This document shows positions 17,010-25,489 of a stretch of DNA of 32,000 nucleotides, piece after piece. The position numbers and the translations under genes were made by a program. The stretch lies in NCBI RefSeq assembly GCF_002075285.3, contig NZ_CP021983.2:1350001-1382000 (forward strand), given 5' to 3'. The stretch comes from Halomicronema hongdechloris C2206. GTDB lineage: Bacteria > Cyanobacteriota > Cyanobacteriia > Phormidesmidales > Phormidesmidaceae. The notes under the pieces were generated by a model, which was not told the origin of the DNA, made no database searches, and saw nothing but the letters and a program-made list of their open reading frames with translations. The stretch's first letter is position 1; the number at the start of each line of letters is the position of its first letter.

Positions 17010-20000
17010 TTAGGGAATGATGCTCTGAAAGATTTCGTAGTTGTAGAACTTGCAGCGACTCTGGATAGTTGAGATCAAGCTGGGTACATACGTGAAAATA
17101 TTGTTCGAATCTGATTCTAATAAAAGTTTGCTGAGGTAGCCTATTTGATCAGGCTGAATGATTTCTTTCAATGAGGAAGCAAATTTCCAGACTTCATCAG
17201 AATTAGCTATCTTTAGAGCCTCAATTAATTCATCAAAACTATACTCATTAACCAACCTATCTATCATGATGCTGACGTTATCGCCAGTTGATTGTTCGGT
17301 AGAAAGATAATCGTGATAAATGTCATTTGAATCCCCACTGATCCTTTTAATCGCTAATCTTGCATTCTTCCGCACTTGGGAATCTTGACTACTTAACTCC
17401 GTTTTCAAAGCCGTCAGGCAGCCTCCTCCTAGCTCGCATAGTGCGCCGATAGCATCACGTGAGACTGACGAATCTTCAAATCCAATAGAGTTTCGACAAC
17501 CTAAAGCTTCAATCAAGACTGGAATACTATCAGTAGCTCCTTCCTTAGCAAGGATAAGAGCAGCGGATAATCGGATTTGAATTTTCGGATCATGAAGGGA
17601 ACGGACAAGAGCACCCCTTGATGCTTCAGTAGGTATCTTCCCCAAAGTTTCGATACAATCTTTTCGGATATCTTCGGTAGAAGACAAATCTTCTAGAATT
17701 TCAATAATAGACTGATCGAGATTCTCAACACCTAGTTTTCCTAGAGCCAAGAGAGTCTGTATATAAATTTGATTAAACTCAAACACGTTACCTGTCTCAT
17801 TAAGTTCTTTTTCAGCTCTTCTAAGATTCTCTTTAAGAAATGAAATAACGGTTGAATCGCCTATCTCACCAAGAGCCTTAATGGCAAAAGTTTTGACAGA
17901 TAAATTCTCATGTTCGTTTAGTAGAGCTTTGATCAATATTGGAATGGATTCTTTTTTGCGCTTTTGCAACAATATAGATATTGCCACTGAATGTTTAGAG
18001 CTATACTGGGTTGTTTTGGAGTCATCTTCAGTAAGAACTCTTTCAAGAACGTGCATAACCGTCAAGTCATCCACGATAATTAGGGCCGTACTAGCACTAT
18101 TGCGGACTAGGAAATCTGAGTCAAGAAATGCAACACTCAATAACGCTTCTGCTATGGTTTCAGAAATCGACTGAGTTTTTGTTACGATCTCTATCGCCCG
18201 TTTTTTGACTACAGAGTCATTACTCTTCAACGCGTTTATTAAATCATTTTCCAAAAAAACAAGCGCATCTTTCTGTAGTGAGTCACAAACAAAATTTCTA
18301 ACTTGCATGTCATCATCGAGCCAGGCTTTTGCAAGTATAGAAAGAGCTTCTTCATCACCCACATCTCTTAACGCGTGTGCAGCTGAACGTCGAGTAACGC
18401 TATCTTCGTCATGGAGTGCTATTTCTAGGAAAGGAAGAATATCTCCATACCCTTTGTTGAGTAGCAAATGAAGACTTGTTATTGCTTTACGTCTAGCTTC
18501 AAGATCTGCGTGTATGAGAGTCTCGCCTAACAGAGGTATTACCTTATCTCTATCTATGTTCTCAATGGCAAGAAGTGCTCTAAAGTGATGCTTTTCAACA
18601 CATAAAGCTTCTTGAAGTGCGGGAATAGCTGATTCATCTCCAAAACTGGCTACTTCACAAGCGGCTATCCAACGAATATCTTCGTCTGAATCTTCTAATG
18701 CCTTTTTTAGAGTATCTACAGAGCTGAGAGTATTTACTTTTCCTAAGGCTTTTATTGTTTCACTCTTTATAAAGGCTTCATCACTTTCTAGTAGTGGGCT
18801 CAAAAATGAAATAGCGGCAAAAGATTTTGTCTCTCCTAGAAGCTTGATTTTGAGTTTTAGAGGGACTGACAAATCATTGACCGAGTTTACTGCCGAAACC
18901 TGTAAGTTATGTTTTGCATTTCCAGCTAGCCTCGCTCCCAGCATTGAATCCACATCATTCATCGCCAGCTTCACTACCCGCAACGCCTGCGCTTCCTCAT
19001 CCACCAGTGCCAGCATCAGAGCAATGGGTTCAGTCCACTTCAACAGGTTGAGGTAGTCTCGCTTTAGTTCCTCATCGCTTAGGTCTGGCAATAGCCGCAG
19101 CAAATGTTCTGCCGCATAATATTCCTGGATTAGCTGGTGGCGAAACTCAATTTGGTCAGTACTGCGGTTTTGCAGCAGGTGGTACTTGAGCAGGTCATCC
19201 AAAATATCTCGAACTGGGAACTGCTCATTGGAGAAAATTCTGCTGAGTTCCTGCTCTGCCTCATCTCGGTGGATGGCTACACGAAAATCAACCGGGGTTT
19301 CTCCCTGCATCATGACTGCGGCAAGAGCTTGCAGGGCGGGTTTCCAGAGTCTGCGATCGCTCAGCGGTCTCACATCCCCTTTCAGCAGCGTCACCTCATG
19401 CTTTCGCACACTGCTGTCTTCATACATCCGGGTAAATGCCTGAAAAATCCCCGCCAGGTTAGAGGGCATTTGATGCTCAGGCGACTGCTGAAAGACCTCG
19501 CAGAGCATCCACAGCAGTAAAGGCGTTTGGCCGAACTCCCGCAAGCGATCGCTGAGTTGCCCCAGCATTGCCTCGGCCTGGTCTGACACGTAGGCGCGAA
19601 TAAACGCCTTCATTTGCTCTTCAGTCAGGGACTGCATTTCCAGTTTCTTCTCGATGCCCAGATCTCCCCCCAGGCCCAGCTCTCGGGTGGTGAAGATCAT
19701 GGGCACTTTGGAGTAGTCCTGCCGAAAGCTTGCCAGATGAGTTCTTGCCGTTTCGGATGGCAACTCATTTAACCCATCCACTAGGAGTAAAAAATGCCCC
19801 TGGCGCAGTAGCGATGTAAGAGTACTGTCATCCAGAGAAAGAGTGGGATCGTGTTTGTGGAGAAATGCCTGGATGCGATCGATGACTGAGGTTTGCCAGT
19901 AGCGCAGTTCTACCAAAATGGGAATTTGGCCTGAGCCCTGCTCCAATGCCTGAGTGGCCGTTTCCAGCAGTAGCCGAATCAACGCTGTCGATTTGCCAGA

Positions 20001-20543
20001 ACCGGGACGTCCGACTAGCAATACATGGTCATCGGCATATTTGCAAATGCCTTCCAGCACAGGTAAGCGCTCAGTTTTCTCCTGCTGCTCCTGAAGTGGG
20101 TTCGCTTCCGAAACAGCCGAATCCTTTTCTTTCGGAACAGTCTGGACCATCAAGCCAAAGTCAAAGGGGGATGGACTCTCTGACTCCGATTCCTGAATTT
20201 TGCCAGTGGCATCGGTCAGCGTGTAGTAACGCCACCACTCTTTGTAGGTATCAACCAGCGATCTCAAGTAGGACTGAAAGCCAATCTGCGCTGGCGTCTT
20301 CGAAGCTGCACTGTTCTGAATTGCCTCGACGATCGCCTGCACCGCTGCATCATTGATTTCGACGAAGGTGCGATCGCCAATCTGAATGTCTTTGCCTTCG
20401 CCGATGGTGATGTTGTACTTGCCCAATTGAAACAGCGATCGCCCTTCTTCCCCCTGTAGAGCCTGCTGCAATGCCATAATATCTGCCTTGGAGTATTCAC
20501 CTAAGGCAATGCGTTGAATGATGTCTTGCAGGCGATCGCTCAT
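17010..20543 (-). CDS. NACHT (STAND) NTPase with an N-terminal GKYN..IGEG..IGDR motif domain and a long C-terminal HEAT-repeat array
   Basis: 1177-aa ORF with ATG at 20541-20543. Walker A is GRPGSGKST (about 19986-20012) and Walker B is LLLVDGLNELP. It also has TPLLLWMLCEV and the winged-helix motif IEFRHQLIQEYYAAE. C-terminal HEAT/PBS-lyase-type repeats include DEDIRWIAACEVASFGDESAIPALQEAL, DSVTRRSAAHALRDVGDEEAL and DPKIQIRLSAALILAKEGATDSIPVLIEAL. Confidence 0.85.
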   Translation of the reverse strand: MSDRLQDIIQRIALGEYSKADIMALQQALQGEEGRSLFQLGKYNITIGEGKDIQIGDRTFVEINDAAVQAIVEAIQNSAASKTPAQIGFQSYLRSLVDTYKEWWRYYTLTDATGKIQESESESPSPFDFGLMVQTVPKEKDSAVSEANPLQEQQEKTERLPVLEGICKYADDHVLLVGRPGSGKSTALIRLLLETATQALEQGSGQIPILVELRYWQTSVIDRIQAFLHKHDPTLSLDDSTLTSLLRQGHFLLLVDGLNELPSETARTHLASFRQDYSKVPMIFTTRELGLGGDLGIEKKLEMQSLTEEQMKAFIRAYVSDQAEAMLGQLSDRLREFGQTPLLLWMLCEVFQQSPEHQMPSNLAGIFQAFTRMYEDSSVRKHEVTLLKGDVRPLSDRRLWKPALQALAAVMMQGETPVDFRVAIHRDEAEQELSRIFSNEQFPVRDILDDLLKYHLLQNRSTDQIEFRHQLIQEYYAAEHLLRLLPDLSDEELKRDYLNLLKWTEPIALMLALVDEEAQALRVVKLAMNDVDSMLGARLAGNAKHNLQVSAVNSVNDLSVPLKLKIKLLGETKSFAAISFLSPLLESDEAFIKSETIKALGKVNTLSSVDTLKKALEDSDEDIRWIAACEVASFGDESAIPALQEALCVEKHHFRALLAIENIDRDKVIPLLGETLIHADLEARRKAITSLHLLLNKGYGDILPFLEIALHDEDSVTRRSAAHALRDVGDEEALSILAKAWLDDDMQVRNFVCDSLQKDALVFLENDLINALKSNDSVVKKRAIEIVTKTQSISETIAEALLSVAFLDSDFLVRNSASTALIIVDDLTVMHVLERVLTEDDSKTTQYSSKHSVAISILLQKRKKESIPILIKALLNEHENLSVKTFAIKALGEIGDSTVISFLKENLRRAEKELNETGNVFEFNQIYIQTLLALGKLGVENLDQSIIEILEDLSSTEDIRKDCIETLGKIPTEASRGALVRSLHDPKIQIRLSAALILAKEGATDSIPVLIEALGCRNSIGFEDSSVSRDAIGALCELGGGCLTALKTELSSQDSQVRKNARLAIKRISGDSNDIYHDYLSTEQSTGDNVSIMIDRLVNEYSFDELIEALKIANSDEVWKFASSLKEIIQPDQIGYLSKLLLESDSNNIFTYVPSLISTIQSRCKFYNYEIFQSIIP
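20532..20539. repeat. HIP1 octamer GCGATCGC, one verified example of many copies
   Basis: Other copies verified by position are 20370-20377, 22979-22986 and 27737-27744. Many more are visible, for example near 1901, 2233, 19353, 19548, 23025, 23428, 27610, 27704 and 30302. HIP1 over-representation is a hallmark of many cyanobacterial genomes. Confidence 0.8.
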
Positions 20544-21084
20544 TGATAATCGGCAACGTCTAGTTTGATTACTCAGAGATGGAGAGTAGCCCTTGCTGAA
20601 CTGCTGCTCTACTTACGGCCAATCTATCTCCTCGTTTAATTTTCGAGAAATTTTGGATAGATGGTGGGAAAAATCCAGATTCTCTTTACTCAGAGCGTCA
20701 ATGACGGCACCATCCCTATCGGCAAACAGAGCAGAGGAATGAGCAAACTGGTAGTACATGCAGCAGATCAAGTAGCTCTATCCCGTCATTAACCAGAATG
20801 AGGATACAGCGAAGAAGCTACAGGAAGCAGCAGCTCTTGATACTAAAGGGTTTAACCGCTTTGGGGGCTGCGTTACGGGGGCTGTAGCGGATGCTTTTTG
20901 CCGTTCTCCCACTTCAACTTTACGAATCAATTACAACATTTGCTTGCATGGTGTATTTGTACTAAGCTAGATGCGTTTCGTTTAAGGGCTCTACACAAAA
21001 TTGGATGCATCCTTTTTTGTCCGATCGCTGATGAGCGCTCCATCAGGCATTAAACAGTGATGAACCATTGAAAGGAACTAATCC

Positions 21085-21255
21085 ATGACTCCACTTGAAC
21101 GCTTGAAAGCAGGCTTGGAAAGATCTAAAGAAAACGGATGCGAAGACACTAGTACGGCTAATCAGTCTCAGCAAGATTATGAGCAACGGGCTGATGAAGC
21201 TGATCGCCAGTTACGTGAAAAGCAAGCTCGCGAATTGAAGAAGTTCTGGAGCTAA
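21085..21255 (+). CDS. Small charged hypothetical protein (56 aa)
   Basis: ATG at 21085 follows AAAGGA, and TAA is at 21253-21255. The translation is MTPLERLKAGLERSKENGCEDTSTANQSQQDYEQRADEADRQLREKQARELKKFWS. It falls below the ORF-track cutoff and has no recognised family. Confidence 0.25.
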   Translation: MTPLERLKAGLERSKENGCEDTSTANQSQQDYEQRADEADRQLREKQARELKKFWS

Positions 21256-21392
21256 ATTGAAGCTTGGCTGAGTTTTAGCCATCTGCCTCCTTAGATTAGG
21301 AAACCTGTCTCCTCGGTAATTTGCTGTGATGTAATAGCCGAGGAGCCGGATTTCTTTATGAAAACTAAATACAGAAGCATCCTGTTTATCGT

Positions 21393-21629
21393 TTGGGCTC
21401 TAGTAGAGGGGATTGGTCTTTAATATACCTATCCTTTGGAGCCATGCCACCCGAAGAGAATTTTGAGCAGCAACTTAGAAAGCTAGTTTTTGAAGATAAC
21501 TGTGATCTGGACGATGCTTTTACTCAAGCAAAAAATGATCACCAAAACCTTGCTGGAAAAGCCGACAAGCTTTTCGAGATCAAGCAAAAAGTCGCTTTAG
21601 ATCTTAAAAATTTTAAGCGCAAGTCTTGA
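21393..21629 (+). CDS. Small charged hypothetical protein; probable start at 21444 gives 61 aa
   Basis: The internal ATG at 21444 is preceded by GGAG (MPPEENFEQQLRKLVFEDN...). The product is predicted helical and Lys/Glu-rich. No family recognised. Confidence 0.3.
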   Translation: MGSSRGDWSLIYLSFGAMPPEENFEQQLRKLVFEDNCDLDDAFTQAKNDHQNLAGKADKLFEIKQKVALDLKNFKRKS

Positions 21630-21677
21630 CGGCAGATCAATCTGGATGACATGCAAATACAATTTCCAATTCTGTCG

Positions 21678-22706
21678 CTAGTCGATGTCTATGTGTTCGT
21701 AGTCAGGCAAACGCTCAATTAGATAAGCAATGTATCCCTGTAGCTGAACAACACTATGTGAAGGCAAGTTTTCTGGAAGCAGATTCAGCCCCAGATAGTT
21801 CAATGCAAATATATAGAGTTCATCTTCAATAACTACTGGTGTAACAGGGTTTTCTAAACTATTTTTACGTCCCCAAGTCAAGCAATGACCAAGGTTTTCT
21901 AGAAATTGGTCTAGCGTAAAGTAAAACGCATCTATTTTTTCTTGAGACGCACTATTCTGAATGTCAGAATAGTGCTCTAAAGTATATTTTCCCAAAGACC
22001 TAGCTAAACCATTAGCCCGCTTCCGATCTAGCCAGCGGGCTACGACTTTGCCATCTTCTAATTCCTCGCGGAGCTGTTGGAGTAGCTTGATTTGTTCTTG
22101 AAGACACGTTTGGGAACGAGCTTCCGCGAGACTATTTTCCTGGCTGCTTTCGAGAGCTTGCAATTTTGCCGTCAGATTGTCTACCCCAGCTTGGAGGAGG
22201 ATGTCGGCCTTAGCGGCAAGGGCAGACAATTCCTGCTGCACTTCCATGAGCTGCATGACCTTTCCTTTGACTTGATTGAAATCTGCTAGGTGTTGCTGGG
22301 GAAGGTGTCCTAATTTACGGAGTTCCTCTAGAGCCGCCAGACGAGTATTGAGATGATCTGCCAGTTGAGGTTCAAAAACAAGGGTAGGTAAAGGGGGATC
22401 CTCCAGGGGTGTTTCAGCTAGCTCAGTAGCGGAAGGAACACTCTGTACCAGCAAAGTTGCCTGAACAATCGCGCGAATATCGGCGGCAGTAGGGCCATAG
22501 TAGCGATGTCCCACCTGAACATCAGTCCCCTCGCCAATGACCGTATTGAATTTCCCATCCTGGGAAACAGATTGATTGACATTGGATGGGGGTAGTGGAG
22601 TTAACTGGCCATTTCTGGCTAGAGGCTTTTCAGTCGATTCAGATGTATCACCCTGTTTATCCAGCATCTTTGTTTCTAGCGAAAAAAGCTGATGTGTCCC
22701 GAGCAT
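21678..22706 (-). CDS. P-loop-less protein with an N-terminal GKFN..IGEG..VG motif, a coiled coil and an unknown C-terminal domain. Candidate adaptor or effector of the NACHT cluster.
   Basis: 342-aa ORF; the start may instead be Met14. The motif QDGKFNTVIGEGTDVQVGHRYYGPTAADIRAIVQ lies at nt 22503-22556. A heptad-like stretch covers about aa 120-220. The gene is divergently transcribed from the 874-aa NACHT gene, 94 nt away. Confidence 0.6.
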   Translation of the reverse strand: MLGTHQLFSLETKMLDKQGDTSESTEKPLARNGQLTPLPPSNVNQSVSQDGKFNTVIGEGTDVQVGHRYYGPTAADIRAIVQATLLVQSVPSATELAETPLEDPPLPTLVFEPQLADHLNTRLAALEELRKLGHLPQQHLADFNQVKGKVMQLMEVQQELSALAAKADILLQAGVDNLTAKLQALESSQENSLAEARSQTCLQEQIKLLQQLREELEDGKVVARWLDRKRANGLARSLGKYTLEHYSDIQNSASQEKIDAFYFTLDQFLENLGHCLTWGRKNSLENPVTPVVIEDELYIFALNYLGLNLLPENLPSHSVVQLQGYIAYLIERLPDYEHIDID

Positions 22707-22800
22707 AACCCAGGAATTTGACCATAGCCAACTGTATGATCTTTAAGGGGAGTCTTTAAGCTTGCGTCGTCAACTTTTCTTAACACCCGATTAGCTTCGC

Positions 22801-25425
22801 ATGCCAATACCTGACGAGTTACTGCCGTTGATAGACCAAATCCTCAATCGCATTGAGCAAGATGGGGCAGCTTTGAAGAGTTGGCGGCAAACGGAAGATG
22901 GCCAGAAAATCATTCAGTATGTGGTGCAAATTGGTAAATACAACACCACTGTAGGCGAAGGAAAAGATATTTCAATTGGCGATCGCCTGGATCGAGCTTT
23001 GCTTGAGGAAGTGCGTAACTTGCTGCGATCGCAACTCTCGTCTCAAGTAGTAGAAATCAACTGGTCGCAAGTCAGCAGATTGCTTTTAGAACGCCAAGTT
23101 CAACGTCTGACCTCAAATCCTTTAACCCATGCCGAGGGGGTCACCTATCGCACTGAACAGGTGTATGTGCCACTGGGGTTGGTGGAGCGCAAGAAGGTGT
23201 CGCGTCACCGGGAGGATGTGCCCCCAGAGCAAGGCTCGTTGCTGTACAAGGAGACGGAGATTTCTCAGAAGTTTGAACAAGCAGTGTTTCTGGAGCAGGT
23301 GTTACGACAGGGGCAGAGCCCTCGGAGTGGGGGGCGACGGATTGTGATCATTGGGGAGCCAGGGGCGGGCAAGACGACGCTGTTGCAGCAGATGGCCTGG
23401 TGGGTGACGGAAAACATTGAAGGGGCGATCGCGATTTGGGTGTCGTTAGCGGGTTTGCAGGGGCGAGCTCTGGAGAATTATCTGCTAGAGCAGTGGTTAC
23501 CGGCAGTAGTGCAGCAGCAGGGACAGGCGGAAGCTTCGACACAAGTGAAGGATGCGCTAGTGGCGCAGTTTCGCGCGGGGCGGGTATGGCTGTGGCTTGA
23601 TGGGGTGGATGAGATGCCAGTAGCAGCGGGTAATCCGCTGAATGAGGTTGAGCGACAGGTGAGATTGGGAGGTTTGTTGGCGCAGGCGCGGATCGTGTTG
23701 ACCTGTCGGTTGAATCTGTGGGACGGAGAACGTCATGCGCTTGATACTTTCGACGTTTATCGGACGTTGGAGTTTACTTATCCGAAGCAGGTAGAGCAGG
23801 TCGTCGGGCAGTGGTTTGGGGCGTTGCCAGAAGCCCAGGTAGGGCAGGCAGAGCGGTTGTGTGAGGCATTACGGCAACCGGGAAAAGAGCGACTGCGAGA
23901 TTTAGTGAAGAATCCACTCCGGCTAACTTTGTTGTGTTTCAACTGGTATTTGGGAGAGGGAACGCTACCGGAAACGAAGGCTGGATTGTATGAGCAGTTT
24001 GTGGCGGATTTTTATGAGTGGAAGCGGGAGCGGTTTCCGACGACAGCGGAGCAACGAAGGCAGTTAAATGCGGCACTGGGTGAGTTGGCACGGGAGGCAA
24101 TCGATAAGGAGGAAACCCGGTTCCGACTGCGGCATGATTTTGTGTGCAAATTTTTGGGCGAACCGGATGAGCCTGATTCGTTGTTTCAGATGGCATTGCG
24201 GTTGGGATGGCTGAATCAAATCGGTGTGGATGCGGACAATCGGCGAAAGGCAGTGTATGCGTTTTTCCATCCCACGTTTCAGGAATATTTTGCAGCATCG
24301 ATTATAGTGAAGCAGTTTCAGGAAAATAGCATCACCTTTGAGCAATTGAAAACCGATATTCTTAGTAAATATTGGCAAGATGACTCATGGCATGAAGTTC
24401 TACTACTAGTTTGTGGATTGGTCAGCAACAAGATCTCCACTAAAATAATTGATTTTTTCATTGATCATTTTGAGTCGGGCAAGAATTTAATACGTCAAAA
24501 TGAGAACCAATCAATTTTCCAACAAGCCAGCCTTTTCGAACCCATAGAAGACTTTGAAAATAAAAATTTTGATAATGATTTTGAGAACGAGGATTTTAGT
24601 GTCCCTGAATATTTCAGTAGAAATTACAACTTTAATAGTAGTAGCCTTGCTTTTGCAATCTCCATTTCCCAAGAGATAAATAATGGCCACAATAGTAAGA
24701 TGACTCGTCAAAATTTAATTGCTCGCCTCGAAGATCATCTTGAATATCTTGAGGACTTTGTTGAAAGCCTTGGGAACTATACTTGGGATAACCTTACTGC
24801 AGACTATCTTAATCGTATATTTAGCGATATAGCTATTTTGGGACAAGGTTATAAAGAAGTTTTCAACTATCTTGCAAGTAAAGCCTGCGATGCTGAATTA
24901 CAAGAAATATGTTCAGCATCAATCAGAGCACTTGCAGAACATTGGAATAATGATGAAATGTTACTGGAATTATTAGTGAAAGCTGCTATTAAAAACCGTT
25001 TCGGCACATCAAAGTTTTCAATCAATGATCCAAATCTGGTGACTAGCCCTCGTAAGATAGCGCTAGAAGCTCTTTTTATTCGTTATCCAAATCATGCAAA
25101 AACCATACAAGCTTTAAAGGATCGCGCAATCAATGATCCAGACGAACCAGTTCGATGGTATGCAGCCCAAGCCTTGGGCCAATTAGCGAAAAGCACTCCT
25201 GAAATCATGGATTTTTTATTTTCAGTTGTTAAAAATTCTCGCTATGACAGCAAATATAATTACCGAGTTAGTCCACGCCATACAATTTTAGGCGCGATAG
25301 TTTTGCACTGTTCAAATCATTTCCAAGCTTTTGCTCTTTTATCAGATTTGGCACTTAATGATTCTAATGAAGAACTACGTCTATGGGTGAAAGAACAACT
25401 TAAAAACTGGGAATCACCAGTGTGA
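22801..25425 (+). CDS. NACHT (STAND) NTPase with an N-terminal GKYN..IGEG..IGDR motif and a C-terminal helical/HEAT-like sensor region
   Basis: 874-aa ORF. Walker A is GEPGAGKTT (23353-23376) and Walker B is WLWLDGVDEMP. It also has NPLRLTLLCF and FFHPTFQEYFAA (about 24265-24300). C-terminal HEAT-like units are DPDEPVRWYAAQALGQLAKS and NDSNEELRLWVKEQL. Confidence 0.85.
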   Translation: MPIPDELLPLIDQILNRIEQDGAALKSWRQTEDGQKIIQYVVQIGKYNTTVGEGKDISIGDRLDRALLEEVRNLLRSQLSSQVVEINWSQVSRLLLERQVQRLTSNPLTHAEGVTYRTEQVYVPLGLVERKKVSRHREDVPPEQGSLLYKETEISQKFEQAVFLEQVLRQGQSPRSGGRRIVIIGEPGAGKTTLLQQMAWWVTENIEGAIAIWVSLAGLQGRALENYLLEQWLPAVVQQQGQAEASTQVKDALVAQFRAGRVWLWLDGVDEMPVAAGNPLNEVERQVRLGGLLAQARIVLTCRLNLWDGERHALDTFDVYRTLEFTYPKQVEQVVGQWFGALPEAQVGQAERLCEALRQPGKERLRDLVKNPLRLTLLCFNWYLGEGTLPETKAGLYEQFVADFYEWKRERFPTTAEQRRQLNAALGELAREAIDKEETRFRLRHDFVCKFLGEPDEPDSLFQMALRLGWLNQIGVDADNRRKAVYAFFHPTFQEYFAASIIVKQFQENSITFEQLKTDILSKYWQDDSWHEVLLLVCGLVSNKISTKIIDFFIDHFESGKNLIRQNENQSIFQQASLFEPIEDFENKNFDNDFENEDFSVPEYFSRNYNFNSSSLAFAISISQEINNGHNSKMTRQNLIARLEDHLEYLEDFVESLGNYTWDNLTADYLNRIFSDIAILGQGYKEVFNYLASKACDAELQEICSASIRALAEHWNNDEMLLELLVKAAIKNRFGTSKFSINDPNLVTSPRKIALEALFIRYPNHAKTIQALKDRAINDPDEPVRWYAAQALGQLAKSTPEIMDFLFSVVKNSRYDSKYNYRVSPRHTILGAIVLHCSNHFQAFALLSDLALNDSNEELRLWVKEQLKNWESPV

Positions 25426-25489
25426 ATTCTGATGTTTTCTGGCTACATTCCAAATCTGCTAAGCGTTATTCGATTTTCCAATTCAAAAG

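Noticed and set aside
17010-18950. Possibility that the AT-rich 3' parts of the NACHT genes are separate genes or inserted mobile elements
   Set aside because: The reading frames run uninterrupted across each compositional junction. No transposase, integrase or terminal repeats are visible. I therefore treat them as in-frame fused sensor modules (see the mosaic finding).
24541-24640. Cryptic Asp/Glu/Asn/Phe repeat (EDFENKNFDNDFENEDF...NYNFNSSS) in the 874-aa protein
   Set aside because: It is a short low-complexity linker within the AT-rich module. It is not a true tandem DNA repeat and no function can be inferred.
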